A stretch of DNA of 39,113 nucleotides from Candidatus Uhrbacteria bacterium (GCA_016206235.1 JACQRZ010000019.1:1-39113), one strand, 5' to 3'. Shown: positions 8,732-16,998, numbered from the stretch's first letter. Notes: a model not told the origin generated them from the letters alone. A program made the numbers and translations.

Positions 8732-10339
8732 TTACATTAAATCTTTGAGGAGGCTTCTACCTGTCATATCGGGCGAAGGTTTGAGATTGATGCGCTCAAG
8801 GAGTGTAGGCGCAACATCTGCCAAAATGCCGATCGGATTGACATTTTTTTTGAGAAATTCTACTTCTGCTTCTTGACGATCGCGGCGCTGCTCTTCATCA
8901 ACAAGGATAAATGGCACGGGACTTGTCGAATGTTCTTTGACTGACCTGTGGGTCATGAGATCTACTTTACTCTCAGCGTTGCCATGGTCGGCAGTAACGG
9001 CGGTAATGCCCCCAACTTTTTTATTTGCTTCCACCACTTTACTCACACACTCATCAGTTGCTTGGAGCGCTTTGATTGTTGCCTCAAGATTTCCGGTATG
9101 TCCAACCATGTCGGGGTTTGCAAAATTCACGAGGCAAAAATCATATTTTTTCTTTGCGATCTCTGCAACGAGTTTTTCTGCCACCTGATACGCGCTCATT
9201 TCAGGTTTCATGTCGTAGGTACGTACTTTCGGCGAGGGTACTAAGATACGATCTTCCCCCTTGTAAATTTCTTCTTGGCCGCCATTGAAAAAGTAGGTAA
9301 CGTGCGCGTATTTTTCTGTTTCTGCGATGCGGAGCTGTTTATATCCCTCGTTGGCTATCAAAGCGCCGAACGGCTCTTTGATATGTTGTGGAGGAAAGGC
9401 GACGGTTGCCTCGAGACCTGCTTCGTATTCAGTCATGGTAACAAAGACGAGATTTGAAGGCCGTTTTTCGCGAGTGAATCCATCGAAGGCATCGAGCACA
9501 AAACTTTGGGCAATTTGACGCGCACGGTCTTCGCGGAAGTTAAAAAAGATGACAGCGTCGTTATCGTTCACTGTCGCGAGTGGAGCATTTTTTCTGTTGG
9601 TAATAATGACAGGCTCAAGCATTTCATCGTCAACTTTTGCTTCATACGATTTTCTAAGCGCTTCGAGTGGATCATGGAATGGCGTACCCTTCCCTAATGT
9701 TAAAAGATCATAGCTTTTCTGTGTTCTGTCCCAGGTATTGTTACGATCCATGGCGTAAAAACGTCCGCATAGTGACGCGATCTGGCCGACACGCAGCTTT
9801 TTCATGAGTTTCTGAAGCTCTTTGAGTTCATTGAGTCCTGCTTGCGGGGCTGAATCGCGTCCATCAGTAATGCAGTGAATAGAGACGTCTTTAAGCTTTT
9901 TTTCTTTACAAAATTGGAGCAGCGCTTTGAGATGATTAATATGGCCATGGACGCCACCGGTGCTCGTAATGCCCAAAAAATGAAGATGAGATTTATTTTT
10001 TACAACATGCTCCGCAGCCTTTCGGAATGCTTCATTTTGAAGAAATGATTTATTCTCGATTGACATATTGATGCGAGGCAAATTTTGATAGACAACAAGA
10101 CCTGCACCAAGATTCAGGTGGCCTACTTCAGAATTTCCAACTTCACCCCATGGCAAGCCAACGGCAATTCCTGATGCATCAAGAGCGCCGTATGGATAGT
10201 GAGCTATGAGATCGTTCATGAATGGGCGCTTTGCCAAGTACATGGGATTGCTTTCCTCGATGGGGCTAATGCCAAAACCATCAAGTACAATCAGGACAAG
10301 TGGCGGACGTGATGAGCGAGAAGGCATACAGTGACTCAT
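8732..10339 (-). CDS. gpmI: 2,3-bisphosphoglycerate-independent phosphoglycerate mutase
   Basis: LDGFG, GNSEVGH, DGRD, GRFYAMDR, FNFREDRARQ, ETEKYAHVT, DMVGHTG, TADHGN. Confidence 0.96.
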   Translation of the reverse strand: MSHCMPSRSSRPPLVLIVLDGFGISPIEESNPMYLAKRPFMNDLIAHYPYGALDASGIAVGLPWGEVGNSEVGHLNLGAGLVVYQNLPRINMSIENKSFLQNEAFRKAAEHVVKNKSHLHFLGITSTGGVHGHINHLKALLQFCKEKKLKDVSIHCITDGRDSAPQAGLNELKELQKLMKKLRVGQIASLCGRFYAMDRNNTWDRTQKSYDLLTLGKGTPFHDPLEALRKSYEAKVDDEMLEPVIITNRKNAPLATVNDNDAVIFFNFREDRARQIAQSFVLDAFDGFTREKRPSNLVFVTMTEYEAGLEATVAFPPQHIKEPFGALIANEGYKQLRIAETEKYAHVTYFFNGGQEEIYKGEDRILVPSPKVRTYDMKPEMSAYQVAEKLVAEIAKKKYDFCLVNFANPDMVGHTGNLEATIKALQATDECVSKVVEANKKVGGITAVTADHGNAESKVDLMTHRSVKEHSTSPVPFILVDEEQRRDRQEAEVEFLKKNVNPIGILADVAPTLLERINLKPSPDMTGRSLLKDLM

Positions 10340-10365
10340 TTCTAATTATCAATTTCTAATTTCCA
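10338..10365 (-). repeat. 7-bp period array
   Basis: Minus strand TGGAAAT TAGAAAT TGATAAT TAGAAAT, running into the gpmI ATG. Confidence 0.7.
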
Positions 10366-10415
10366 ACATTTATAGAAGAGGTTTGCGACGATCATTAAGA
10401 AATAAATTCTTCCAT

Positions 10416-10684
10416 GGAGTATAAGATACGAGCCAGCATGGCTTGAGAGGCTCAAAACTGAGGCGATTTCACGAAACCGACGACGAAGCTGTATATAACA
10501 TACTGCGAGGAGGAGTGACAAAGAAATCGACCAGTTTTGAACCTCCCGAAGGGCGAGCCTTGTTTGCTTTATTTTCTTCGTTGCTCGTCGCTAGCGATGG
10601 TTTACATCGCGTCGCTCCTCGCGCCACGAATCTCAAGCAAACAGGAGACACGCTCAACACATACTGGCTCGGATCTTATACCCC
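10416..10684. mobile_element. ~270-bp MITE-like or structured non-coding element
   Basis: 25-bp terminal inverted repeats with 3 mismatches (10416-10440 / 10660-10684) enclosing two long internal hairpins. Confidence 0.6.
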
Positions 10685-10736
10685 TAAGGTATCACACAAT
10701 GATTCGCTGAGCAACATCATTCGCAGGTGCTTCGCG

Positions 10737-10765
10737 TTGACAAATGAAGAGAAAAAGACTATATT
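10737..10765 (+). promoter_or_regulatory. Sigma70 promoter for tRNA-Leu
   Basis: TTGACA - 17 bp - TATATT, 14 bp upstream of the tRNA. Confidence 0.7.
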
Positions 10766-10779
10766 TGACTGATAAATAA

Positions 10780-10863
10780 GCCGCGGTGTCGAAATTGGTA
10801 AACGATGGCGACTCAAAATCGCCCGGGAGCAATCCCTTGTGGGTTCGAGTCCCACCCGCGGCA
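10780..10863 (+). tRNA. tRNA-Leu(CAA)
   Basis: Acceptor GCCGCGG/CCGCGGC, anticodon arm GGCGA-CTCAAAA-TCGCC, long variable arm, GGTTCGAGTCC T arm; CCA not encoded. Confidence 0.93.
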
Positions 10864-10870
10864 AATACAT

Positions 10871-11104
10871 ATGCGAAAAGAGTTTTTATTGTTCATGGTT
10901 GGGAGGGGCATCCCGAAGAAGGTTGATAGCATTGCTGTCTTTTCTGACAACGATTCATATGTTCCGTTCGACAATCAAGATGATTTTAAAAATACACTCG
11001 GTTCAGCAATAGTTATTGAACATTCTGCAGGTCATTTTAGTGGTGCCATGGATAGCTGTATCGAGCCACCAATAGCCCTTGAGTCTTTGCTGAAATTATT
11101 GTAA
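10871..11104 (+). pseudogene. Remnant of an RBBP9/YdeN-family alpha/beta hydrolase
   Basis: One frame reads KRVFIVHGWEGHPEEG* (family N-terminus). Another reads IAVFSDNDSYVP...AGHFS (family C-terminus). The central GHSLG nucleophile region is absent. Confidence 0.75.
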
Positions 11105-11143
11105 GGTACAAACACTTTTTCTTAAAACTATAGGAGGTGGGCA

Positions 11144-11884
11144 ATGGCTCGAGTTTTGGGACTCGCTCTTTTTATTTCAGGAAAAGGTTCAACCGCAGCC
11201 GCAGTTATGCAAGCCTGTCGCACCGGCGCACTTTTGAACAGAGTAAAACCTGCGTGCGCAGTTATGAATCATGACAATGCTGAAGGATTAGACACGCTTA
11301 TGAATGCAGGAATGGAGCCACGCGACATACATATTATTCCTTCGCGTGAGTACAAGGGTAGACAAGAGGAATTTGGGGAAGCCATATTAAAAAGACTTCA
11401 TCAGTATCGAGTTGACTGTATTGGTCAGTATGGCTGGATGGTAAAAACACCAGAGAATGTGATACGTGAGTACGCAGGCGTGATGATTAATCAGCATCCT
11501 GGTCCGCTTGATCCGGGACGTCCCGACTTTGGCGGTAAGGGCATGTATGGCATGCGCGTTCATTGCGCACGGTTGCTGTTTTGCAGATGGACAAATCGCG
11601 ATTTTTGGACAGAAGCAGTCGCACAGCGAGTTGCTGATGAGTATGATCAGGGAGCAGTTATGTATTCTCGGCAAGTACCTATTCTTCAAGAAGATGATCC
11701 ATATCGTTTGCGAGAACGTGTTTTGTATGAAGAGTATCACGTGCAAATAACAACACTCCGCATGCTTGCAGAAGGTGGGTCTAAAGTAGAAAGAAGAGTA
11801 ACACCATTGATTCGTCCAGAAGAACTACCAATCTTAGAGCGCGCAAAAGAGATTGCATGTATGCTGTTTCCGAAAGGCTCATGA
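11144..11884 (+). CDS. PurN-like (GAR transformylase family) formyltransferase
   Basis: FISGKGS, INQHPG, FGGKGMYG..VH, EYDQGAV; strong AGGAGG RBS upstream. Confidence 0.8.
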   Translation: MARVLGLALFISGKGSTAAAVMQACRTGALLNRVKPACAVMNHDNAEGLDTLMNAGMEPRDIHIIPSREYKGRQEEFGEAILKRLHQYRVDCIGQYGWMVKTPENVIREYAGVMINQHPGPLDPGRPDFGGKGMYGMRVHCARLLFCRWTNRDFWTEAVAQRVADEYDQGAVMYSRQVPILQEDDPYRLRERVLYEEYHVQITTLRMLAEGGSKVERRVTPLIRPEELPILERAKEIACMLFPKGS

Positions 11885-11894
11885 GCAACTCCTG

Positions 11895-11923
11895 AACGGT
11901 TCTGCGAAAGCGGACCGTTTTTT
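11895..11923 (+). terminator. Intrinsic terminator
   Basis: AACGGTTCTGC-GAAA-GCGGACCGTT hairpin followed by a T run. Confidence 0.75.
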
Positions 11924-11985
11924 CAACTTCGCGTTACCCGCTTCGATGAATTAACACGCGCCACTTTTTTACATAGCATTGACAA

Positions 11986-12159
11986 ATGGGGAGGAAAATT
12001 CATGAACAAAAAGGGTGGCCTGATCCACTTGAGGAAATAGAAAGCAAGCAAGGCCGTGAAATGTCAAAAAAGATGCATCAATTGGCCGAAAAGCCAACGC
12101 GTCATGTTAAGCGAGCTCGCGATAAAGGAGAGGCATACCGTCATTTTCATAGGCGCTAG
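11986..12159 (+). CDS. Possible 57-aa basic small protein (below the ORF-track cutoff)
   Basis: MGRKIHEQKGWPDPLEEIESKQGREMSKKMHQLAEKPTRHVKRARDKGEAYRHFHRR fills the gap between the terminator and the sigma remnant. Confidence 0.35.
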   Translation: MGRKIHEQKGWPDPLEEIESKQGREMSKKMHQLAEKPTRHVKRARDKGEAYRHFHRR

Positions 12160-12187
12160 GGATTTTTCATGAAAAAGAAAAACCGTC

Positions 12188-12646
12188 TTAGAGAGGGTCA
12201 GAGAGGTGATGGAGTGAAAAAATTTCCTGTTCTTCCGTGCTCAGAGTTTTTACCAGAGCAAGGAGTTCATGATATTTAACCTCTTGCGCTGGATCGTCGC
12301 TTTCGTTTATGAAGTGCTCGCCTTCAGACGGAAGATCGGAGAATACAACATGCTTTTTTTCACGGAAGTAATCAATGAGCGTATTGCGTGTGATTTGCCA
12401 GATCCATGATGAGAAGTTGCCAAGATTGGTGTCGAATGTATGGATTTTGTTCGTTACCTTAAGAAAGACATGTTGAGTCAAGTCCTCAGCAATTTCTCTA
12501 TTGAAGAGTCGAACTATGAAAAAACGGAAAATTTGAGAAGCAAAATAATCAAAAATTAAAGCGCCAGCCTGCTGATTTCCATGCTGCCACTGGCAGGCAA
12601 GCGCATTACAATCAAACATTTCTGCACGGTCGTTGCTCATGTTCAT
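12188..12646 (-). pseudogene. ECF sigma-70 factor, C-terminally truncated
   Basis: Region 2 intact (AEDLTQHVFLK, FSSWIWQITRNTLIDYFR). The ORF stops at LSTEEQEIFSLHHLSDPL, before the region 4.2 helix-turn-helix. Confidence 0.7.
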
Positions 12647-12731
12647 AGTGGTATACGGCTGAATTCAAGATGTGGTACAGATATACGATGTATATCTATG
12701 ACGAAAAAAAGAACCGCCTGAGTAGCGGCTC

Positions 12732-12759
12732 TTGTCATTGTGGAGATATGTGATATACT
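12732..12759 (+). promoter_or_regulatory. Putative sigma70 promoter for the initiator tRNA
   Basis: TTGTCA - 16 bp - TATACT with extended -10 TG. Confidence 0.55.
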
Positions 12760-12773
12760 CTCAAAATGTTTGA

Positions 12774-12847
12774 CGCGGGGTGGAGAAGTCTGGCATCTCG
12801 CTTGGCTCATAACCAAGAGATCGCGGGTTCAAATCCCGCCCCCGCAA
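12774..12847 (+). tRNA. Initiator tRNA-fMet(CAT)
   Basis: CGCGGGG acceptor with C1:A72 mismatch, A11:U24 pair, anticodon arm CTTGG-CTCATAA-CCAAG, T arm GCGGG-TTCAAAT-CCCGC. Confidence 0.9.
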
Positions 12848-13037
12848 TAAAATAATTCACGCGAAAGCGTGGGTTATTTTATTGTTGAGGGAAACAACAG
12901 AATTTATTCTGTTGTGTTGGGATTTGAAGACCGTAGTGATGTTTGGCGAACATTCTGGTGAGCCAAACCACGAGGGGCGGCCTGCGAGCTCGCCGAGGGA
13001 ACGAGGCGAGACTTGTAGGCTAATCCCGCCCCCGCAA
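12832..13037 (+). mobile_element. 190-bp mini-element integrated at the tRNA-fMet 3' end, bounded by 16-bp direct repeats
   Basis: AATCCCGCCCCCGCAA at 12832-12847 and again at 13022-13037. Confidence 0.75.
12846..12883 (+). terminator. Terminator-like hairpin after tRNA-fMet
   Basis: AATAAAATAATTCACGC-GAAA-GCGTGGGTTATTTTATT. Confidence 0.65.
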
Positions 13038-13040
13038 CCA

Positions 13041-13074
13041 AAAGGGACTGTTTCGCACTGGGACGGTCTTTTTT
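13041..13074 (+). terminator. Terminator after the displaced tRNA 3' fragment
   Basis: AAAGGGACTGTTTC...GGGACGGTCTTTTTT hairpin with G:U pairs and a T run. Confidence 0.6.
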
Positions 13075-13251
13075 GATTTGTTGACCCAGCACTAACTCTT
13101 AAAAAAGTAATTTTATACGCTCTTAGCCATTACTCGGCAAGAAAGAACGCACAAGTATTATTTCACGTTCTCTGCAGAAAGTAGTGCTGGGTTGACTTTG
13201 ATGAATACTCAGCGTATCCTGATATCTATCATTCCTGCACTACTTAATATT

Positions 13252-14373
13252 ATGGAAATCAAACGCGATGAATTTGGACCAGAGTATGTGTTGACTGTCT
13301 CCGATCCTATTACTGGCATGAAAGGATTTCTTGTTATTGATAATACGTCGCGCGGTCCAGGAAAGGGGGGTATTCGCATGACCCGAACAGTTACTTTGGA
13401 AGAAGTGTATCGCTTAGCGCGGACGATGACATGGAAAAATGCCATTGCCGATATTCCATTTGGGGGAGCAAAAGGGGGTATCATCTGGAATGGCGGATCA
13501 GACGAGTTAAAGAAACAGCATGTCAAAGTATTCGCACAAAAAATCAAGCATCTTATGCCTCATGTATATATCGGCGGACCAGATGTAAATACTGGCGAAA
13601 AAGAAATGCAATGGATAGCGGAAGAGTCGGGTATTTGGGAAAGTGTAACCGGGAAACCATCGGCCTACTGTGATATCAAAAATGAAAAACAGCGCTGCGG
13701 ACTTCCTCATGAGCTCGGAAGTACTGGATTTGGCGTTGCACGAGCAGTAGTTGTCGCGCTCGAAATTCTTGGAATACCTTTGCAATCTGTTCGCATTGCA
13801 ATTGAAGGATTTGGCAATGTCGGTAGCTTTGCGTTTAAGTTTTTACAGGAGTGGGGCGCAAAGATTATTGCTGTTGCCGATAGCCGGGGCACGGCATATC
13901 TGGAAGCTGGCCTTGATTATAGAACGGCAGAGCAAGCAAAAAAACAGCATGGAACAGTCTCATCGTACCAAGGCGCACAGCAACTTTCGCACGATGATAT
14001 TTTCAGTCTTGATGCTGATGTGCTGATTCCGGCAACAATAACAGATGTCATTACCGAAAAAAATAAGGACTCCATCAAAGCAAAACTTATCGTGCAAGGC
14101 GCGAATATTTCTATGAGCAAGGAGATTGAGCGCGAGCTGTGGCAACGAGGCATTCAGATTATTCCTGACTTTGTCGCCAATGCCGGCGGCGTGATTTCTT
14201 CCTATGCAGAGTATGTCGGCATGACGTCAGATGAAATGTTTGCGCTTGTCGATGAGAAAATAACCAAGGCAGTAACAGACGTGTTGACGCAAAGCATCGC
14301 AGAAAAAAGATTTCCCCGTGATGTTGCAATGGAGATAGCTGTCTCTCGCGTAAAAGAAACGAAGCGCAAGTAG
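13252..14373 (+). CDS. gdhA: Glu/Leu/Phe/Val dehydrogenase (probable glutamate dehydrogenase)
   Basis: GPGKGGIR, MTWKNA, GGAKGGI, GPDVNT, GFGNVG, IPDFVANAGGV. Start moved from 13192 to ATG 13252. Confidence 0.88.
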   Translation: MEIKRDEFGPEYVLTVSDPITGMKGFLVIDNTSRGPGKGGIRMTRTVTLEEVYRLARTMTWKNAIADIPFGGAKGGIIWNGGSDELKKQHVKVFAQKIKHLMPHVYIGGPDVNTGEKEMQWIAEESGIWESVTGKPSAYCDIKNEKQRCGLPHELGSTGFGVARAVVVALEILGIPLQSVRIAIEGFGNVGSFAFKFLQEWGAKIIAVADSRGTAYLEAGLDYRTAEQAKKQHGTVSSYQGAQQLSHDDIFSLDADVLIPATITDVITEKNKDSIKAKLIVQGANISMSKEIERELWQRGIQIIPDFVANAGGVISSYAEYVGMTSDEMFALVDEKITKAVTDVLTQSIAEKRFPRDVAMEIAVSRVKETKRK

Positions 14374-14442
14374 GTCCTATAATCTAGACATTTTTCAAAA
14401 ATGTGAGATAATCCTCCTACGCACAATATAAAACGTAGATGA

Positions 14443-14516
14443 GGCAGGGTAGCTCAGCTGGTTAGAGCGAGGGAATCATAACCCCTAGGTCGCGAGTTCA
14501 ACTCTCGCCCCTGCTA
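14443..14516 (+). tRNA. tRNA-Met(CAT), probably elongator (Ile2 not fully excluded)
   Basis: GGCAGGG/CCCTGCT acceptor, TAGCTCAGCTGGTTAGAGC D arm, AGGGA-ATCATAA-CCCCT anticodon arm with an A31.C39 mismatch, GCGAG-TTCAACT-CTCGC T arm. Confidence 0.88.
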
Positions 14517-14520
14517 TGAA

Positions 14521-14563
14521 AAAAGTATCCTTATAAAAGTATCCTTATAAAGGATTCTTTTTT
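14521..14563 (+). terminator. tRNA terminator with a 14-bp tandem duplication
   Basis: AAAAGTATCCTTAT x2, followed by AAAAGGATTCTTTTTT, which pairs with either copy. Confidence 0.5.
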
Positions 14564-14623
14564 CTTTAGCTCTGTTGCACAATCGGTAAATTGTTTTATT
14601 GTTACTAATGATTACTCTAGCTT

Positions 14624-16057
14624 ATGCCGCAAAAGCCAAACATTCCAACAGTGCTTATCATACTTGGCGCAACAGGGGATTTGATGACCAAAAAAGTGAT
14701 CCCCGCCCTTTTTTATTTGCATGAGCAGAGCAAGCTGCCTGAGCAGTTTAAGATTATTGGTTTTTCGCGCCGCGATTTGACGGATGAACATTTTAAAACA
14801 CATATTATCGACATTGTTGATCGAGCATACCCCGGACATACTTCGCAGACAAAGGCAGCCTTTTTAGACCTCTTTCTCTTCCAGCGAGGAAACTTTGATG
14901 TGAGGGAAGATTTCGGTTATCTCGCGAAACTGCTCGGCGCTGTTGACTCTCAGTGGGGCGTGTGCGCCAATAAACTTTTTTACTTAGCCGTGCACCCCAA
15001 TCATTTTGAGACGATCTTTACCAATATGGCACATGCTGGATTAACGATTGGCTGCGGACCCAATGAAGGTTGGACGCGCGTGATTGTCGAAAAACCTTTT
15101 GGCAATGATCTGAGTTCCGCAAAACAACTTGATGACACCATTCGTTCATACTTTCAAGAGGAGCAGATCTATCGCATTGACCACTATCCGGCAAAGGAGG
15201 TGCTACAAAACATTCTTTCTTTTCGTTTTTCAAACAAACTTTTTGAACAGTCGTGGAATAACGAGCATATTGAGTCGGTGCATATTCGGTTGTGGGAAAC
15301 GCTTGGAGTTGAGAAGCGAGGAGCATTTTATGATGCGGTCGGCGCGTTGCGTGATATGGGACAAAACCATGTTCTGCAAATCATTGCTCTTTTGACAATG
15401 GATCATCCTGAAAGTTATCATGCGAGCTCCATTCGAAAAAAACGCGCTGAGATACTTGAGCGGCTCGTGGTACCCACACGCGACGAGGTGCTCGCGTCGA
15501 CATATCGTGCGCAGTACCATGGCTACCGCTCGATTGCAAATGTGCATCCAGCCTCAGAGACAGAGACGTATTTTCGCGCGCGCGCGTATCTCGATACCCC
15601 GCGTTGGTGTGGCGTTCCTTTTATCTTTGAAAGCGGTAAGCGGCTTGGCGAGGCACGTAAGGAGATCATCGTGACATTTAAACATCCGAGTCCCTGCCTC
15701 TGTCTTGGCGACGGCCATCATCTCAAAAATATCGTCACATTCCATATTGAACCTGAAGAGAGACTCTCGCTACAGTTGGGAACAAAGAAGCCCGGGCTCT
15801 TATATGACGTGGAAGAGCGGATGGTACACATGCCCTATTCGCAAGGACCAAGTCTGCAGTACGCAGCAAATTACGCAAAACTTCTCTATGATGCGATTGT
15901 CGGGGATCAGACGCTTTTCACGAGCACCGAGGAGATACACTCTACCTGGCGGTTCATTGACCCTATCATTGAGCATTGGAACCAAGGCGTTGTACCGCTT
16001 GCAGTATATACGCCTGACACGAACGAGCCAATTCAAGGGAGACGCACTGCTCTCTAA
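14624..16057 (+). CDS. zwf: Glucose-6-phosphate 1-dehydrogenase
   Basis: GATGDL, EKPFG, YRIDHYPAKE, RDMGQNH, TETY, RW.GVPF..GKRL. Confidence 0.93.
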   Translation: MPQKPNIPTVLIILGATGDLMTKKVIPALFYLHEQSKLPEQFKIIGFSRRDLTDEHFKTHIIDIVDRAYPGHTSQTKAAFLDLFLFQRGNFDVREDFGYLAKLLGAVDSQWGVCANKLFYLAVHPNHFETIFTNMAHAGLTIGCGPNEGWTRVIVEKPFGNDLSSAKQLDDTIRSYFQEEQIYRIDHYPAKEVLQNILSFRFSNKLFEQSWNNEHIESVHIRLWETLGVEKRGAFYDAVGALRDMGQNHVLQIIALLTMDHPESYHASSIRKKRAEILERLVVPTRDEVLASTYRAQYHGYRSIANVHPASETETYFRARAYLDTPRWCGVPFIFESGKRLGEARKEIIVTFKHPSPCLCLGDGHHLKNIVTFHIEPEERLSLQLGTKKPGLLYDVEERMVHMPYSQGPSLQYAANYAKLLYDAIVGDQTLFTSTEEIHSTWRFIDPIIEHWNQGVVPLAVYTPDTNEPIQGRRTAL

Positions 16058-16101
16058 CGATACGGCCGACTGAGATCACGCACATTTCTACGAGGCGTTA
16101 G

Positions 16102-16130
16102 TTGCCAGACAACCGATTGTGCGTTATACT
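16102..16130 (+). promoter_or_regulatory. Putative sigma70 promoter for parAB
   Basis: TTGCCA - 17 bp - TATACT. Confidence 0.55.
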
Positions 16131-16165
16131 TTGGGAGTCACGTTTGTTTCAATATGTGGGCGGGT

Positions 16166-16954
16166 ATGGCAAAAATAATTGCAATTGTAAACCAAAAAGG
16201 CGGCGTGGGGAAAACAACAACAGCCATGAATGTTGTTGATTTTTTGTCGCAAGAGGGAAAGAAGTGTCTTCTTATCGACCTTGATCCACAGGCAAACGCC
16301 ACGTCGGGCTTAGGACTGAATCCTGTAGAGCTCTTAGCAGGGACCTACGAAGTCTTGGCCGGAAGTGTGCATGCGTCAGATGCCCTGCAAAAACCTTCCA
16401 GCTATGCATTTCATCTTTTGCCCGCAACTGTTTCTCTTGCAGGTGCAAATATTGAGCTTGTGTCTGTTGACGAAAGAGAATTTCAGCTCAAGAAAAACAT
16501 CGAGCCTTTGCTTTCGCAGTACGATTATATTTTTATTGATTGTCCGCCTTCGCTTGGGCTTCTTACAATCAACGGTCTGGTTGCATCGGACAGCATTCTT
16601 ATACCCGTGCAGGCTGAATATTTTGCACTTGAAGGAATCGGTCAGCTTATGGAAACAATCCAGCTTGTACGAAATCACCTTAAACCTGATCTTGAAATTC
16701 TCGGAGCAGTTCTTACGATGTATGACAGACGGTATCGATTATCTGAAAGCGTCCTTCATGAGCTCTACCGCCATTTTCCGGAGAAGATTTTCCGCACTGT
16801 TATTCCTCGTAACGTCCGTCTTGCAGAAGCGCCAAGCCACGGAAAACCTATTTTTCACTACGATTCACTATCGCGAGGAGCAAAGGCATATGAGCGACTC
16901 GCAAAAGAACTTCTGGTTTTTTTCGAGGGAGTCGCTGCAGCTCCAACCGTATAG
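16166..16954 (+). CDS. parA: Chromosome partitioning ATPase ParA/Soj
   Basis: NQKGGVGKTT, DLDPQANAT, DCPPSLG, PVQAEYFALEG, LAEAPSHG. Start set at ATG 16166. Confidence 0.95.
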   Translation: MAKIIAIVNQKGGVGKTTTAMNVVDFLSQEGKKCLLIDLDPQANATSGLGLNPVELLAGTYEVLAGSVHASDALQKPSSYAFHLLPATVSLAGANIELVSVDEREFQLKKNIEPLLSQYDYIFIDCPPSLGLLTINGLVASDSILIPVQAEYFALEGIGQLMETIQLVRNHLKPDLEILGAVLTMYDRRYRLSESVLHELYRHFPEKIFRTVIPRNVRLAEAPSHGKPIFHYDSLSRGAKAYERLAKELLVFFEGVAAAPTV

Positions 16955-16998
16955 CTCGTGTCATTATTTTTTGCTATAGTAACTCACACTAGTTACGT

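Noticed and set aside
10443..10870. ORFs 10443-10772, 10469-10660 and 10676-10870
   Set aside because: They overlie the structured element or the tRNA-Leu gene and have no recognisable protein motifs.
12882..13092. ORFs 12882-13076 and 12904-13092 as cargo of the mini-island
   Set aside because: They are short, cross the repeat and terminators, and show no integrase or other motif.
16051..16059. TCTCTAACG at the end of zwf resembling the palindromic element end
   Set aside because: Only 9 nt match, the GGG is missing, and I found no partner inverted arm nearby.
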